DNA of 39,928 nt from a virus. Taxonomy: Duplodnaviria; Heunggongvirae; Uroviricota; Caudoviricetes. The position numbers and the translations under genes were made by a program. Location: IMG/VR virus record IMGVR_UViG_2526164663_000052, one strand, 5' to 3'. The notes beneath the pieces are model-generated. The model was not told the DNA's origin. It worked only from the letters and a program-made list of their open reading frames with translations, and did no database searches. Shown here one piece after another: positions 9,352 to 18,434 of this stretch. The first letter of the stretch is position 1. Each line of letters starts with the position of its first letter.

Positions 9352-9637
9352 TTCTCTGTTGTTCTGGTGCTTATATATCACATCCTTTTTCGGCGCATTT
9401 GTTATTACCCGGTGGTTATGTCGAAAAATCATCTGCTTTTTTGATAAAAGACATCCGGTTGAACGGGCGGCTGATGCGCTCATTCAGCAGGCCATTGTGT
9501 TATATAGCGGTGAATTTTTCTGCCGGATAACAACCAGAGATGGCTGGCACATAATGATTATTCCACCAACACACCATGCCCGGTGGGATGAGGCAGAAAA
9601 GGCTTTCCATGTCCGTAAAAAGGTAAATACGGTATGA
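9341..9637 (+). CDS. Hypothetical protein with N-terminal transmembrane segment
   Basis: 98 aa; hydrophobic N-terminus LLFWCLYITSFFGAFVI. Confidence 0.4.
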   Translation: MDNSSLLFWCLYITSFFGAFVITRWLCRKIICFFDKRHPVERAADALIQQAIVLYSGEFFCRITTRDGWHIMIIPPTHHARWDEAEKAFHVRKKVNTV

Positions 9638-10143
9638 GAGGAAAACTGATATCCGCCATTCATGTGGCAAAGCGCGAGCTTGCCCTGGATGATGAGACTT
9701 ATACATCCGCGCTGCTGGCAGCCACCGGCAAAACCAGCTGCCGGGATATGTCACCGGATGAGTTATCCCGCGTGCTGGATGTTTTCAAAAAACGCGGTTT
9801 TAAAGTGCGTCAGAACCCGGTTAACCGGGCCTTAAAACCGGGTACGGTGACCGCCAAAATTCGCGCCATCTGGAAGGTGATGCACCGGCAGGGCTTTATC
9901 TCTGATGGTGCGGAAACCGCCCTTAACCGCTGGGTGAAATCGCAGACGGCCGCGCAAAACGGCGGCGAAGGTGTGGCAAACTGGCAGTGGCTGGAGCAAC
10001 ACCCCGCCCTGGCCTCAGATGTGCTGGAGCGTCTCAAGCGATGGCACCGCCGCAAAATGCTGGCCGCGATGGGAATGCCCGAACGCACGCTGATGGGGTA
10101 TGACGCCGTTTGCAGGCAGTATGAAAAATCACTTCCCCGTTAA
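9634..10143 (+). CDS. GemA-like (Mu gp16 family) regulatory protein
   Basis: 169 aa, immediately upstream of mor as in Mu. Family assignment is by position and general resemblance. Confidence 0.55.
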   Translation: MRGKLISAIHVAKRELALDDETYTSALLAATGKTSCRDMSPDELSRVLDVFKKRGFKVRQNPVNRALKPGTVTAKIRAIWKVMHRQGFISDGAETALNRWVKSQTAAQNGGEGVANWQWLEQHPALASDVLERLKRWHRRKMLAAMGMPERTLMGYDAVCRQYEKSLPR

Positions 10144-10147
10144 CTCC

Positions 10148-10178
10148 AAATCCCGCCACAACGCGGGATTTTTATTTT
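10148..10178 (+). terminator. Rho-independent terminator after the gemA-like gene
   Basis: Stem ATCCCGC / loop CACAAC / stem GCGGGAT, followed by TTTTTATTTT. Confidence 0.6.
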
Positions 10179-10212
10179 AAACTTACCGGGAACGCGAGAA
10201 CCGGAGGCTGAT

Positions 10213-10638
10213 ATGGCAGAAACTCAGATGAGCATGTTTGGTGGTGACAGTGAGCAACTGCACGCCCTTATCGACCGCCTTGATGACATCCCTGATGATG
10301 TTCTCAAAAAGAACTGGCCGCGGACCCTGTCAGAACTGGTTGAAGTCACCGGCGCAGAACTTCAGCGTCAGGGGATTGAGCCGGTACTGGCCGGTAAACT
10401 GGCACGCAAGGTGGCTGCGGCTCAGGCAGCCTATATGGGCGGACGGGGTTATTACCTGCCGGTCGGGGAATCTCTCTTTGCCGAGCTGCGAAACAATGAG
10501 ATATTTTCGCGCTGGGACCGGGGCGAGAAAATTGAATCCCTTCGCCGCCATTACCGGATGTCAGAAACCCAGATTTATACCGTCATACGCGAACAGCGCC
10601 GTCTGCATCTGGCAAGAACGCAACCGCCACTTTTCTGA
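10213..10638 (+). CDS. mor: Mor/C-family transcriptional activator
   Basis: 141 aa; C-terminal HTH region (YRMSETQIYTVIRE) and overall layout resemble Mu Mor/C. Only one homolog is present. Confidence 0.75.
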   Translation: MAETQMSMFGGDSEQLHALIDRLDDIPDDVLKKNWPRTLSELVEVTGAELQRQGIEPVLAGKLARKVAAAQAAYMGGRGYYLPVGESLFAELRNNEIFSRWDRGEKIESLRRHYRMSETQIYTVIREQRRLHLARTQPPLF

Positions 10639-10709
10639 TATTCCGCAAAGCCTGCCGCCTCTCCTTCACCGTTACGCTGACTCAGAGAACATCATGAGAC
10701 AGCGTAACA

Positions 10710-11210
10710 ATGCCAAAACTCCCCGCACCACTGCGTAAAAAGCTGATTGCCCTTGTTCTGGCCGGTGCCGGGACGTTCACGATTGCCACGCATTACACCG
10801 GTTACTGGGAAGGGAAAGAAAACTCCACGTATATCGATCCCACCGGTACACCCACCATCTGTTACGGCCATACCGGCCCGGATGTGAAACCGGGTATGAC
10901 CCTGACAGATGAAGAATGCCTGGAACTACTGGAAAAGGACATGAAATGGGCCTTTGCGGCCATTGATCGGCGTGTTCAGGTGCCGCTTACCCGTGGTCAG
11001 ACGGTGGCGCTGGCTTCGTGGATCTTCTGGGCCGGTGAAACGAACTTTCGCAACTCCACGCTTCTGCGCCTGATCAATGCCGGGCAGATGCCCGCGTCCT
11101 GTAAGCAGTATATCCGCTGGATTTATTCAAAGGGGGTGAAACTCCCCGGCCTTGAGGCCCGCCGTTCGGCGGATGAATGGTTATGTCGCTACGACTTGCC
11201 GAAAGTCTGA
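10710..11210 (+). CDS. SAR-type endolysin (GH24 lysozyme)
   Basis: N-terminal signal-anchor LIALVLAGAGTFTIA, then a lysozyme core (YWEGKENSTYIDPTGTPTICYGHTG ... FRNSTLLRLIN) resembling phage P21-type SAR endolysins. Confidence 0.85.
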   Translation: MPKLPAPLRKKLIALVLAGAGTFTIATHYTGYWEGKENSTYIDPTGTPTICYGHTGPDVKPGMTLTDEECLELLEKDMKWAFAAIDRRVQVPLTRGQTVALASWIFWAGETNFRNSTLLRLINAGQMPASCKQYIRWIYSKGVKLPGLEARRSADEWLCRYDLPKV

Positions 11211-11283
11211 ACCGCTTCTGGCGACCGCTCATGATAGCGCTGCTGTGTGCGGTACTGCTGTTACGGGGTGTCCTGTGGCTGCG

Positions 11284-11673
11284 GTGAATAATGCCTTACC
11301 GGCCCTGATTGCCGGGGCGTGCATGGCGGCGCTGGGGATTATCGCTGTACTGGTTGCCGCTATATGGGGAATGCACCAGAAGACGCAGCGCCTTGAAGAC
11401 AATAATCAGGTGCTTGTGCGTGAGCGGGATGAGGCGCGTCAGGTGCTGGCAAATCAGCAGCACACCCTGCAACTCATTTCACAAATCAGTGAGGCGGCCA
11501 CGAATGAAAAACAACAGAACATTCAGCACAGCGAGGGGCAGCAGAGCGTTGTCCGCCGGTCGCTGGCGGCAGTGCCTGCGGCCTCTGCCCCTGTTCCTGA
11601 TGATGTGGCTGATCGGGTGCGCCGGGCCGTCTGTGAAATACGTGCCTGTGAAGCCGGTGCCGATCCCCGCTGA
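11284..11673 (+). CDS. i-spanin (Rz-like); start uncertain (GTG 11284 or ATG 11323)
   Basis: N-terminal TM (ALIAGACMAALGIIAVLVAAIW) followed by a coiled-coil-like region, directly after the endolysin. Confidence 0.55.
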   Translation: MNNALPALIAGACMAALGIIAVLVAAIWGMHQKTQRLEDNNQVLVRERDEARQVLANQQHTLQLISQISEAATNEKQQNIQHSEGQQSVVRRSLAAVPAASAPVPDDVADRVRRAVCEIRACEAGADPR

Positions 11674-11875
11674 ATGGCTGGCTGACTGCCTGGTCCCTCC
11701 TGCGCCGGAGCCGTTCACGTTTGGGGCATCGGTCACTTACAACCTGCAACTGCTGGCGGTGATCAAGAACTGCAACGTGGACAAGGCCAGTATTCGTCGT
11801 CTGGAGGCGCGGCGACAACATGAATTTACTGATATGGCCGGAACGCCTGCTGTTCCGGCAGGAAAGACGAAGTAA
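11504..11875 (+). CDS. o-spanin (Rz1-like lipoprotein) overlapping the i-spanin in another frame
   Basis: Lipobox-like LIGC followed by a proline-rich segment (VKYVPVKPVPIPAEW). The signal peptide is unusually long from ATG 11504, so the start is uncertain. Confidence 0.45.
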   Translation: MKNNRTFSTARGSRALSAGRWRQCLRPLPLFLMMWLIGCAGPSVKYVPVKPVPIPAEWLADCLVPPAPEPFTFGASVTYNLQLLAVIKNCNVDKASIRRLEARRQHEFTDMAGTPAVPAGKTK

Positions 11876-11885
11876 GGAAAAAGGT

Positions 11886-12113
11886 ATGGATGATTCAGAT
11901 CGTGCTCAGGCTGTGATGGAGCGGGGATCAGAACGCGCCCTTTGTAACCGGCTGACACGTAAGCGCCGGGCAATGGATGCTCCGGGCAGACGTGTCTGCG
12001 CGGACTGTGGCGGAGAGATCCCCGCCGCACGTCTTGTTGCTGTGCCGGATGCCATCCGTTGTGTGAACTGCCAGAACATCATGGAGGCCCGTCATGTGGG
12101 TCAGCATCGTTAA
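11886..12113 (+). CDS. TraR/DksA-family C4 zinc-finger protein
   Basis: 75 aa with CADCGGEIP...RCVNCQ; SD AAGGAAAAAGG upstream. Confidence 0.7.
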   Translation: MDDSDRAQAVMERGSERALCNRLTRKRRAMDAPGRRVCADCGGEIPAARLVAVPDAIRCVNCQNIMEARHVGQHR

Positions 12114-12687
12114 AGATTATGTTGTGCCGATCCTTTCGGCGACGGCAACCGCTGGCGGGATATTCATGGCGCTGATGCGCAAAACGTTTGTCCCCCGCGA
12201 GGCCTTTGAAAAACTCTCCGACCGCGTTGAGAAGGTGGAAACCCGCCTGTCGTCACTGCCGACAGAAGCTGAGGTCAACCGTCTGAATGTGGAAATCGTG
12301 ACCCTGCGGGGTGAACTGAAAACCACGAACGCCACGCTCCGCTCTGTCTCCTATCAGAACGAACTGCTGCTGGAGCAGGCGGTAAGGAAAAAACGAATGA
12401 GTGATTTCATTACTGAAGATCAGCGTCTGGTCATTCTGCGGTCGCTGGCAGATTACAACGGTGAACTGGGTGAATCCGTGCTCCAGGACTGTCTGGATGA
12501 TTACGGCCACCGCGTGTCCCGCGACACCGTTCACACCCACATTGCCTGGCTTGCCGAGCAGGGACTGGTGCGCAAACGCGTTCTGATTAACGGTTATTTC
12601 ATCGCGGAACTGACCGGCCGGGGGCAGGATGTGGCGGAAGGCCGCGCCAGCGTTCCGGGTGTGAAGAAACCACGCGCAAGGGGGTAA
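12094..12687 (+). CDS. Hypothetical protein: N-terminal TM plus coiled coil, C-terminal winged-helix-like domain
   Basis: Single 197-aa ORF. The N-terminal half resembles small TM/coiled-coil proteins of Mu-like phages; a shorter product from the internal ATG at ~12400 cannot be excluded. Confidence 0.45.
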   Translation: MWVSIVKDYVVPILSATATAGGIFMALMRKTFVPREAFEKLSDRVEKVETRLSSLPTEAEVNRLNVEIVTLRGELKTTNATLRSVSYQNELLLEQAVRKKRMSDFITEDQRLVILRSLADYNGELGESVLQDCLDDYGHRVSRDTVHTHIAWLAEQGLVRKRVLINGYFIAELTGRGQDVAEGRASVPGVKKPRARG

Positions 12688-12689
12688 CG

Positions 12690-13271
12690 ATGGACAAGCC
12701 GACGCGTGGACGCGTGCGCAAGGTGGATTTGCTCCCCGACAGCATCCGTAAGCCACTGCTGGAAATGCTGCGTGAAAAACGTCTGACGCAGGTCCAGATA
12801 CGCGAGGAAATCAACCGTCTGATCCGTGAGGCGGGCCTGCCGGAAGAGCAGCAGCTTTCACCGGCGGCCATCAGCCGGGAAGCCTCCCGTAATGAGCTGA
12901 TTGCCCGTAACCTGCGTGATTTACGCGAGCAGACAAAAGCCATGATGGCCGAACTGGGGGACAAGCCAACCGGTGAAACCACTGCATTGATCCTGGAGAT
13001 GTCCCGCGCCCTGATGTACCGCCGTCTGCGTGCCGCGACCGAATCCCTGAACAGTGACAGCGACGTGGATATGCGTCTTATTAAGGACATCCTCCTGTCA
13101 GCACAGCGTGCGGAAAGTGCCGCCGAGCGCAGCATTAAGCGTGAAAAAGAAATCCGGGCCGCATTTGCTGAAGAGATGGCAAACGCCGTCACCGACGAGC
13201 TGCGCGGCGTGGACGGGATGAGTGAACAGCTTGAGTCCCGTATTAAGGGGATTCTGTTGGGTAAAGTCTGA
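12690..13271 (+). CDS. Mu gp27-like protein (candidate terminase small subunit)
   Basis: 193 aa, directly upstream of the large terminase; assigned by position and resemblance to the gp27 family. Confidence 0.55.
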   Translation: MDKPTRGRVRKVDLLPDSIRKPLLEMLREKRLTQVQIREEINRLIREAGLPEEQQLSPAAISREASRNELIARNLRDLREQTKAMMAELGDKPTGETTALILEMSRALMYRRLRAATESLNSDSDVDMRLIKDILLSAQRAESAAERSIKREKEIRAAFAEEMANAVTDELRGVDGMSEQLESRIKGILLGKV

Positions 13272-14935
13272 TGAATAACGCCGAAGAACTCTCCCCCTTA
13301 CTGACGAATACCGTCTCCACCCGCAAAATTGATCTGGCCGGTGAAAAAGCCCTGCTGGGCGTGGATGTGCCGGACAGCCTTGATTTGCCCGGTGATATGC
13401 CGGTATTTCTGGATTATCAGGCCCGCTGGTTTGAGGATGAAAGCGAGGTCTGCATCGCGGAAAAATCCCGCCGCACCGGGCTTACCTGGGCGGAAGCCGG
13501 GCGTAACGTCATTACCGCCGCAAAGCCTAAGCGGCGTGGTGGCCGCAATGTGTTTTATGTGGGGTCAAAGCAGGAGATGGCGCTGGAATATATTTCTGCC
13601 TGCGCACTGTTCTCCCGTGCCTTTAACCAGCTGGCAGATGCTGATGTGTATGAGCAGACCTTCTGGGATCGGGATAAAAAAGAAGAAATTCTGACCTACA
13701 TGATCCGCTTTCCGAACAGTGGATTCAAAATTCAGGCACTGTCTTCCCGTCCGTCAAACCTGCGCGGCCTTCAGGGGGATGTGGTGATTGATGAAGCCGC
13801 GTTCCACGAGTCACTGGATGAGCTTCTCAAGGCGGCAATGGCGCTCACCATGTGGGGCGCGCGCGTGCGTATTATCTCCACGCATAACGGCGTCGATAAT
13901 CTGTTTAATCAGTACATTCAGGAAGCCCGCGAGGGGCGCAAGGATTACAGCGTCCACCGCATTACCCTGGATGATGCCATTGCGGACGGGCTGTACCGTC
14001 GTATCTGTTATGTCACCGGCCGCGAATGGTCACCGGAAAGCGAGCAGAAGTGGCGTGATGATCTCTACAAAAACGCCCCGACCCGTGAGGACGCCGACGA
14101 GGAATACGGCTGTATCCCGAAAAAATCCGGCGGTGCCTATATTCCTCACGCGCTTATTGAAATGGCGATGCTCCGCGACATCCCGATTCTGACGTTTGAA
14201 GCCCCGGACGACTTCATCAGCCGTGCCGCATGGCTGCGTGAATCGGAGGTTTTAACCTGGTGTGAAGAACATTTAAAACCGCTTTTAGAGGCGTTAAATC
14301 CCCGTTCCCGCTTCAGCTTCGGGGAAGACTTTGCCCGCATCGGTGACCTCTCCTGCTTTGTGCTGCTGGAAATCACTGAATCCCTGGCAAAACGCGAGGT
14401 GTTTCGCGTGGAGCTGCGCAACCTGCCGTATGCCCAGCAGGAGCAGGTGATGATGTACATCCTGACCCGCGTTCCGGCGCTGGTCGGTGCGGCGTTCGAC
14501 GCCACCGGTAACGGCGGCTATCTGGCCGAAGCCGCGCTGCTGGCCTTTGGCCCGGACATCATCGACTGCGTGATGTTATCGCCGAAGTGGTACGGCGAGT
14601 GGATGCCAAAACTGAAGGCCGAGTTTGAGGATCAGAATATCCTCGTCGCCCGCCATCAGACCACGCTTGATGATTTGCGCCATGTGAAGGTGGTGAACGG
14701 TATCCCGCAAATTGACAAGGGGCGTACGAAGGACCAGAACGCAACGGCTGTGAACGCCCGCCGCCATGGCGATTTTGCCGTGGCGCTCTGTATGGCAAAC
14801 CGGGCGTCATACATGGAGGGCTTCATCCTGGATGAATCAGCCTGTCAGGCGCTGCCGGAGCGGTCGCGGGCCATGGAGGGCGGTTATCGTGATGACGATG
14901 AGGCATATCATGAATTTGATCGGGGGTGCTGGTAG
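13271..14935 (+). CDS. Terminase large subunit (Mu gp28-like)
   Basis: 554 aa in conserved position upstream of the portal. Confidence 0.8.
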   Translation: MNNAEELSPLLTNTVSTRKIDLAGEKALLGVDVPDSLDLPGDMPVFLDYQARWFEDESEVCIAEKSRRTGLTWAEAGRNVITAAKPKRRGGRNVFYVGSKQEMALEYISACALFSRAFNQLADADVYEQTFWDRDKKEEILTYMIRFPNSGFKIQALSSRPSNLRGLQGDVVIDEAAFHESLDELLKAAMALTMWGARVRIISTHNGVDNLFNQYIQEAREGRKDYSVHRITLDDAIADGLYRRICYVTGREWSPESEQKWRDDLYKNAPTREDADEEYGCIPKKSGGAYIPHALIEMAMLRDIPILTFEAPDDFISRAAWLRESEVLTWCEEHLKPLLEALNPRSRFSFGEDFARIGDLSCFVLLEITESLAKREVFRVELRNLPYAQQEQVMMYILTRVPALVGAAFDATGNGGYLAEAALLAFGPDIIDCVMLSPKWYGEWMPKLKAEFEDQNILVARHQTTLDDLRHVKVVNGIPQIDKGRTKDQNATAVNARRHGDFAVALCMANRASYMEGFILDESACQALPERSRAMEGGYRDDDEAYHEFDRGCW

Positions 14936-16524
14936 TGGGACGTATAATTGATCTTGACGGAAAACCTTTCTCCTTTGACCCGGAGATGCAGAGCGCCGCG
15001 CTGGATATTCCGCAGATTGCCAGCCGTTATATTGAACATCCGGCCTCGGGTATCACCCCGAACCGGGCGGCACAGTGCCTTCGCGGGGCTGAACGTGGCG
15101 ATCTGATTGCCCAGTCCGATCTGGCCGCTGACATTGAAGAAAAGGATACCCACCTTTTTGCAGAGCTGGGCAAGCGACGCCTTGCCATTCAGGGGGTGCC
15201 CTGGAGTATTGAGCCGCCACCGAACGCCAGCGCGAATGAGAAAAAGGACGCGGAAATGCTCGACGAATATCTGCATTCCGCCGACTGGTTTGATGCCATG
15301 CTGTTTGATGCCACCGATGCCATCCTGAAAGGCTATTCCTGCATGGAGATTGAGCACGGGATGCTCGGTAAAATGCACATCATCCGCGCCATCCGCTGGC
15401 GTGACAGCGGGCATTTCTGCCTTAACCCGGATGATTTGAGCGAACTGCGGCTGCGTGACGGCAGCCATGCCGGGGTGGCGTTTCAGCCCTTTGGCTGGAT
15501 AGTGCATCAGTCACGTTCACGGACCGGTTACGGCGGCGCAACGGGGCTTGTCAGGACGCTTATCTGGCCGTTCATTTTCAAAAACTATTCCGTGCGCGAT
15601 CTGGCTGAATTTCTGGAGGTGTACGGCCTGCCGATGAAGGTCGGTAAATACCCGTCCGGGGCAACGCCGGAGCAGAAAAGCGCCCTGATGCGGGCGGTGA
15701 TGGATATCGGGCGACGTACAGGCGGGATCATCCCGGCCGGGATGTCGCTGGAGTTTCAGGCGGCAGCGAACGGTCAGGCCGATCCGTTTGAAACCATGAT
15801 TTCGTGGGGGGAGCGTTCCATCTCCAAAGCTATCCTCGGCGGCACGCTGACCACGGAAGCCGGAGACAAGGGCGCACGTTCGCTGGGTGAAGTGCATAAC
15901 GAGGTGCGCCGGGAAATCAGGGATTCTGATTTACGTCAGCTGGCCGCCACGCTGAACCGCGATCTGGTGTATCCGCTGTATGCCCTGAACACCGCCCACG
16001 CCATTGATATCCGTCGCCTGCCGCGTATCTGTTTCCAGACAAAAGAGCCGGGGGATATCACCAAAATCACCAGTGCGGTGATGCAGCTCAGTACGGGGAT
16101 GGATATTCCTGATCCCTGGGTACGGGAGCAGACCGGTATTCCACAGCCTGCCCCCGGTGAAGCCATCTTCCGTGTCCGTCAGAGTGGCAATGAACCTGCT
16201 CAGACAGACAAAGAGATGCCACCGGAAAAACAGGAAAAGACAGAGCAGACAGCGCTGGCTGCCAGACTGCCGGAAGCGAAGAGCAGCCCCCGAGATGAAC
16301 TGGACGACATGGGGGATGCGGTGCCTGCCCGCCGGTTACAGGAGGCCATCGACCCGGTACTGGAGCCGGTCATTGAAGCCATCAGAACGCGGGGGCTGGC
16401 GGAGGCACTGGCAGACCTGCCTGCCCTTTACCGTGAAATGGATGATTCCCGCCTGATGACGCTGCTCAGTGATGCCATGTTTGCTGCGGAAATGAAGGGG
16501 ATGCTGGATGGCACAGGGGATTGA
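14926..16524 (+). CDS. Portal protein (Mu gp29-like)
   Basis: 532 aa between the terminase and the F-like gene. Confidence 0.8.
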   Translation: MLVVGRIIDLDGKPFSFDPEMQSAALDIPQIASRYIEHPASGITPNRAAQCLRGAERGDLIAQSDLAADIEEKDTHLFAELGKRRLAIQGVPWSIEPPPNASANEKKDAEMLDEYLHSADWFDAMLFDATDAILKGYSCMEIEHGMLGKMHIIRAIRWRDSGHFCLNPDDLSELRLRDGSHAGVAFQPFGWIVHQSRSRTGYGGATGLVRTLIWPFIFKNYSVRDLAEFLEVYGLPMKVGKYPSGATPEQKSALMRAVMDIGRRTGGIIPAGMSLEFQAAANGQADPFETMISWGERSISKAILGGTLTTEAGDKGARSLGEVHNEVRREIRDSDLRQLAATLNRDLVYPLYALNTAHAIDIRRLPRICFQTKEPGDITKITSAVMQLSTGMDIPDPWVREQTGIPQPAPGEAIFRVRQSGNEPAQTDKEMPPEKQEKTEQTALAARLPEAKSSPRDELDDMGDAVPARRLQEAIDPVLEPVIEAIRTRGLAEALADLPALYREMDDSRLMTLLSDAMFAAEMKGMLDGTGD

Positions 16525-17839
16525 TTTAGGTTATGCCGCCACCCTTCCCTCAAAAGAGGCGGTGGCATACTTCCGCGCCAAAGGGGCGCATATCAGCTGG
16601 AACTGGTTCGAAACAAACGCAGATGTTCATGCCCGTTCATTCACGGCGGCAAAAGTGGCACGCCTGGACGTACTGACCACACTACAGGCGGAAGTGCAGC
16701 GTGCTGTTGATGAGGGGATTTCACAGAAAGCATTTATCCGCACACTGACACCCCGCCTGCAAAAGCTGGGATGGTGGGGAAAGCAGATTGTGGTGGACAG
16801 CGCCGGTAACGCAGAAGAAGTGCAACTGGGCAGTCCCCGCCGTCTGGCGCTGATTTACAACGTGAACACCCGCGTGGCTTACAATGCCGGGCGTTACACG
16901 CAGATGATGAACAACACGGACACGCATCCGTTCTGGCAGTATGTGGCGGTGATGGACAGCCGCACCCGCCCGGCGCATTCCGCCCTTAACGGGCTGGTAT
17001 TCCGCTATGACGATCCGTTCTGGAATACACACTACCCACCCAATGGCTGGAACTGCCGCTGCCGTGTCCGGCCATTGTCTCAGACCCGTCTGGATGCAAT
17101 GGGGTTATCCGTTTCATCCGGTCAGGATCATCTTTCCACCCGCAATGTTGAGGCTGGCGTGGATAAGCAGACCGGAGAAGTCAGAGAAATGCCGGTGACC
17201 ACATATTCAGATGGCACCAGAACCATGACACCGGATGTGGGCTGGTCATATAACCCCGGTTCGGCGGCGTTCGGCACAGACCAGGCGCTGCTCCGCAAGT
17301 TGATCGAGGTGAAAAGCCCGGCGTTACGGGAAATGGTGGTTCAGGAGATGAACAACAGCCCGGAGCGGCAGCTGGCGTTCCGCATCTGGGCAAAAAACAT
17401 CATGAAAACCCGGCGAGGCGGTAACGATATCCGCACGCTGGGCTTTATGACCGAAAGTATTGCGCAGGCGGTGGAAAGCCGGACGGGAACGCCACCGGCC
17501 CGCCTGCTGGCGATGAGCGGTAAAAATGTGCTCCATGCGGACAGCATGAAACATCAGAATGACGGCATTGCCCTGACGCCGGAGGATTTCGGGCGATTAC
17601 CGGCAATGCTGGCAAAGCCAAAAGCGGTACTGTGGGATAAACGCCACAACAATCTGATGTATATCGTGGAAAGTAAGGATGGCAGTGTGCAGATTGCCGT
17701 TAATGCGCCGTACAGCCTGAAGCGTCAGCCGGATAAACTGGATGTGATTGTGAATGCTTACCGGGTTATCAATATGGATAAGCTGAAATCGGATATCCGG
17801 GGCGGAATGCTTGAGGTACTGGAAGGAGATATTGATTAA
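16508..17839 (+). CDS. Head morphogenesis protein, Mu F-like (gp30)
   Basis: 443 aa; the N-terminal half resembles the phage Mu F family (NGWNCRCR motif). Confidence 0.8.
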   Translation: MAQGIDLGYAATLPSKEAVAYFRAKGAHISWNWFETNADVHARSFTAAKVARLDVLTTLQAEVQRAVDEGISQKAFIRTLTPRLQKLGWWGKQIVVDSAGNAEEVQLGSPRRLALIYNVNTRVAYNAGRYTQMMNNTDTHPFWQYVAVMDSRTRPAHSALNGLVFRYDDPFWNTHYPPNGWNCRCRVRPLSQTRLDAMGLSVSSGQDHLSTRNVEAGVDKQTGEVREMPVTTYSDGTRTMTPDVGWSYNPGSAAFGTDQALLRKLIEVKSPALREMVVQEMNNSPERQLAFRIWAKNIMKTRRGGNDIRTLGFMTESIAQAVESRTGTPPARLLAMSGKNVLHADSMKHQNDGIALTPEDFGRLPAMLAKPKAVLWDKRHNNLMYIVESKDGSVQIAVNAPYSLKRQPDKLDVIVNAYRVINMDKLKSDIRGGMLEVLEGDID

Positions 17840-17960
17840 CGGTCAGTGGCGGGGGTCGAACCCGCATACATGATCCACCCGGAGGCAGGCACCGACTTTA
17901 CCAGTTAAGCGTACACTGACCGCCTGCTTATTTTATATTCATATTTTATACGGAGGCAAT

Positions 17961-18434
17961 ATGTCATCCATTGATGCCGCCGTCGTTGTTGACGTTACGC
18001 GTCTCCAGCGGGTCTTTGCCCGGCTTCAGTTTGTGGGTGGCGGAAAAGACCTGGCCCGCAGTGTGGCGTCCAGCCTTCTGTCATCGTCAGAAATGGCGTT
18101 TGAACAGGAAAAAGAGCCGGACGGCGAACGCTGGCATGACTGGTCAGATCCTTACCGCAAGTGGCGTACCCGTAAGGGATACATGCCCGGCAAAATCCTG
18201 ACGCTGAACGGCGATCTGGCCCGACGCCTGACCACGGATTATGGCGACACCTGGGCGCTGATTGGATCAAATGAGCCTTATGCGGCCATTCATCAGTGGG
18301 GTGGCCTGCCAGGTATGCCGCCGGGACCGGCGGCCATTGGTGCACGTCCGTATATGGGCTTTGATCAGGTGGCAGAGCAGGAGATCATGGACGAAATCAG
18401 AAAACGCTTTAAAAAGGCCACAGAAACGCCTTAA
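17961..18434 (+). CDS. Virion morphogenesis protein, Mu G-like (gp31)
   Basis: 157 aa, placed between F and I as in Mu. Confidence 0.65.
   Translation: MSSIDAAVVVDVTRLQRVFARLQFVGGGKDLARSVASSLLSSSEMAFEQEKEPDGERWHDWSDPYRKWRTRKGYMPGKILTLNGDLARRLTTDYGDTWALIGSNEPYAAIHQWGGLPGMPPGPAAIGARPYMGFDQVAEQEIMDEIRKRFKKATETP

Noticed and set aside
10238-10738. 166-aa ORF overlapping the Mor/C gene in another frame
   Set aside because: Out-of-frame overlap with a gene that has clear family resemblance; composition typical of a shadow ORF.
11152-11283. Upstream extension of the i-spanin ORF to 11152
   Set aside because: The extension overlaps the endolysin 3' end and gives a non-hydrophobic N-terminus; the spanin TM segment begins right after the GTG at 11284.
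17840-17925. Calling the F-G intergenic element a functional tRNA gene
   Set aside because: Only acceptor and T-arm-like pairing could be drawn by hand, with no anticodon arm; it is kept as a finding to test, not as a feature.
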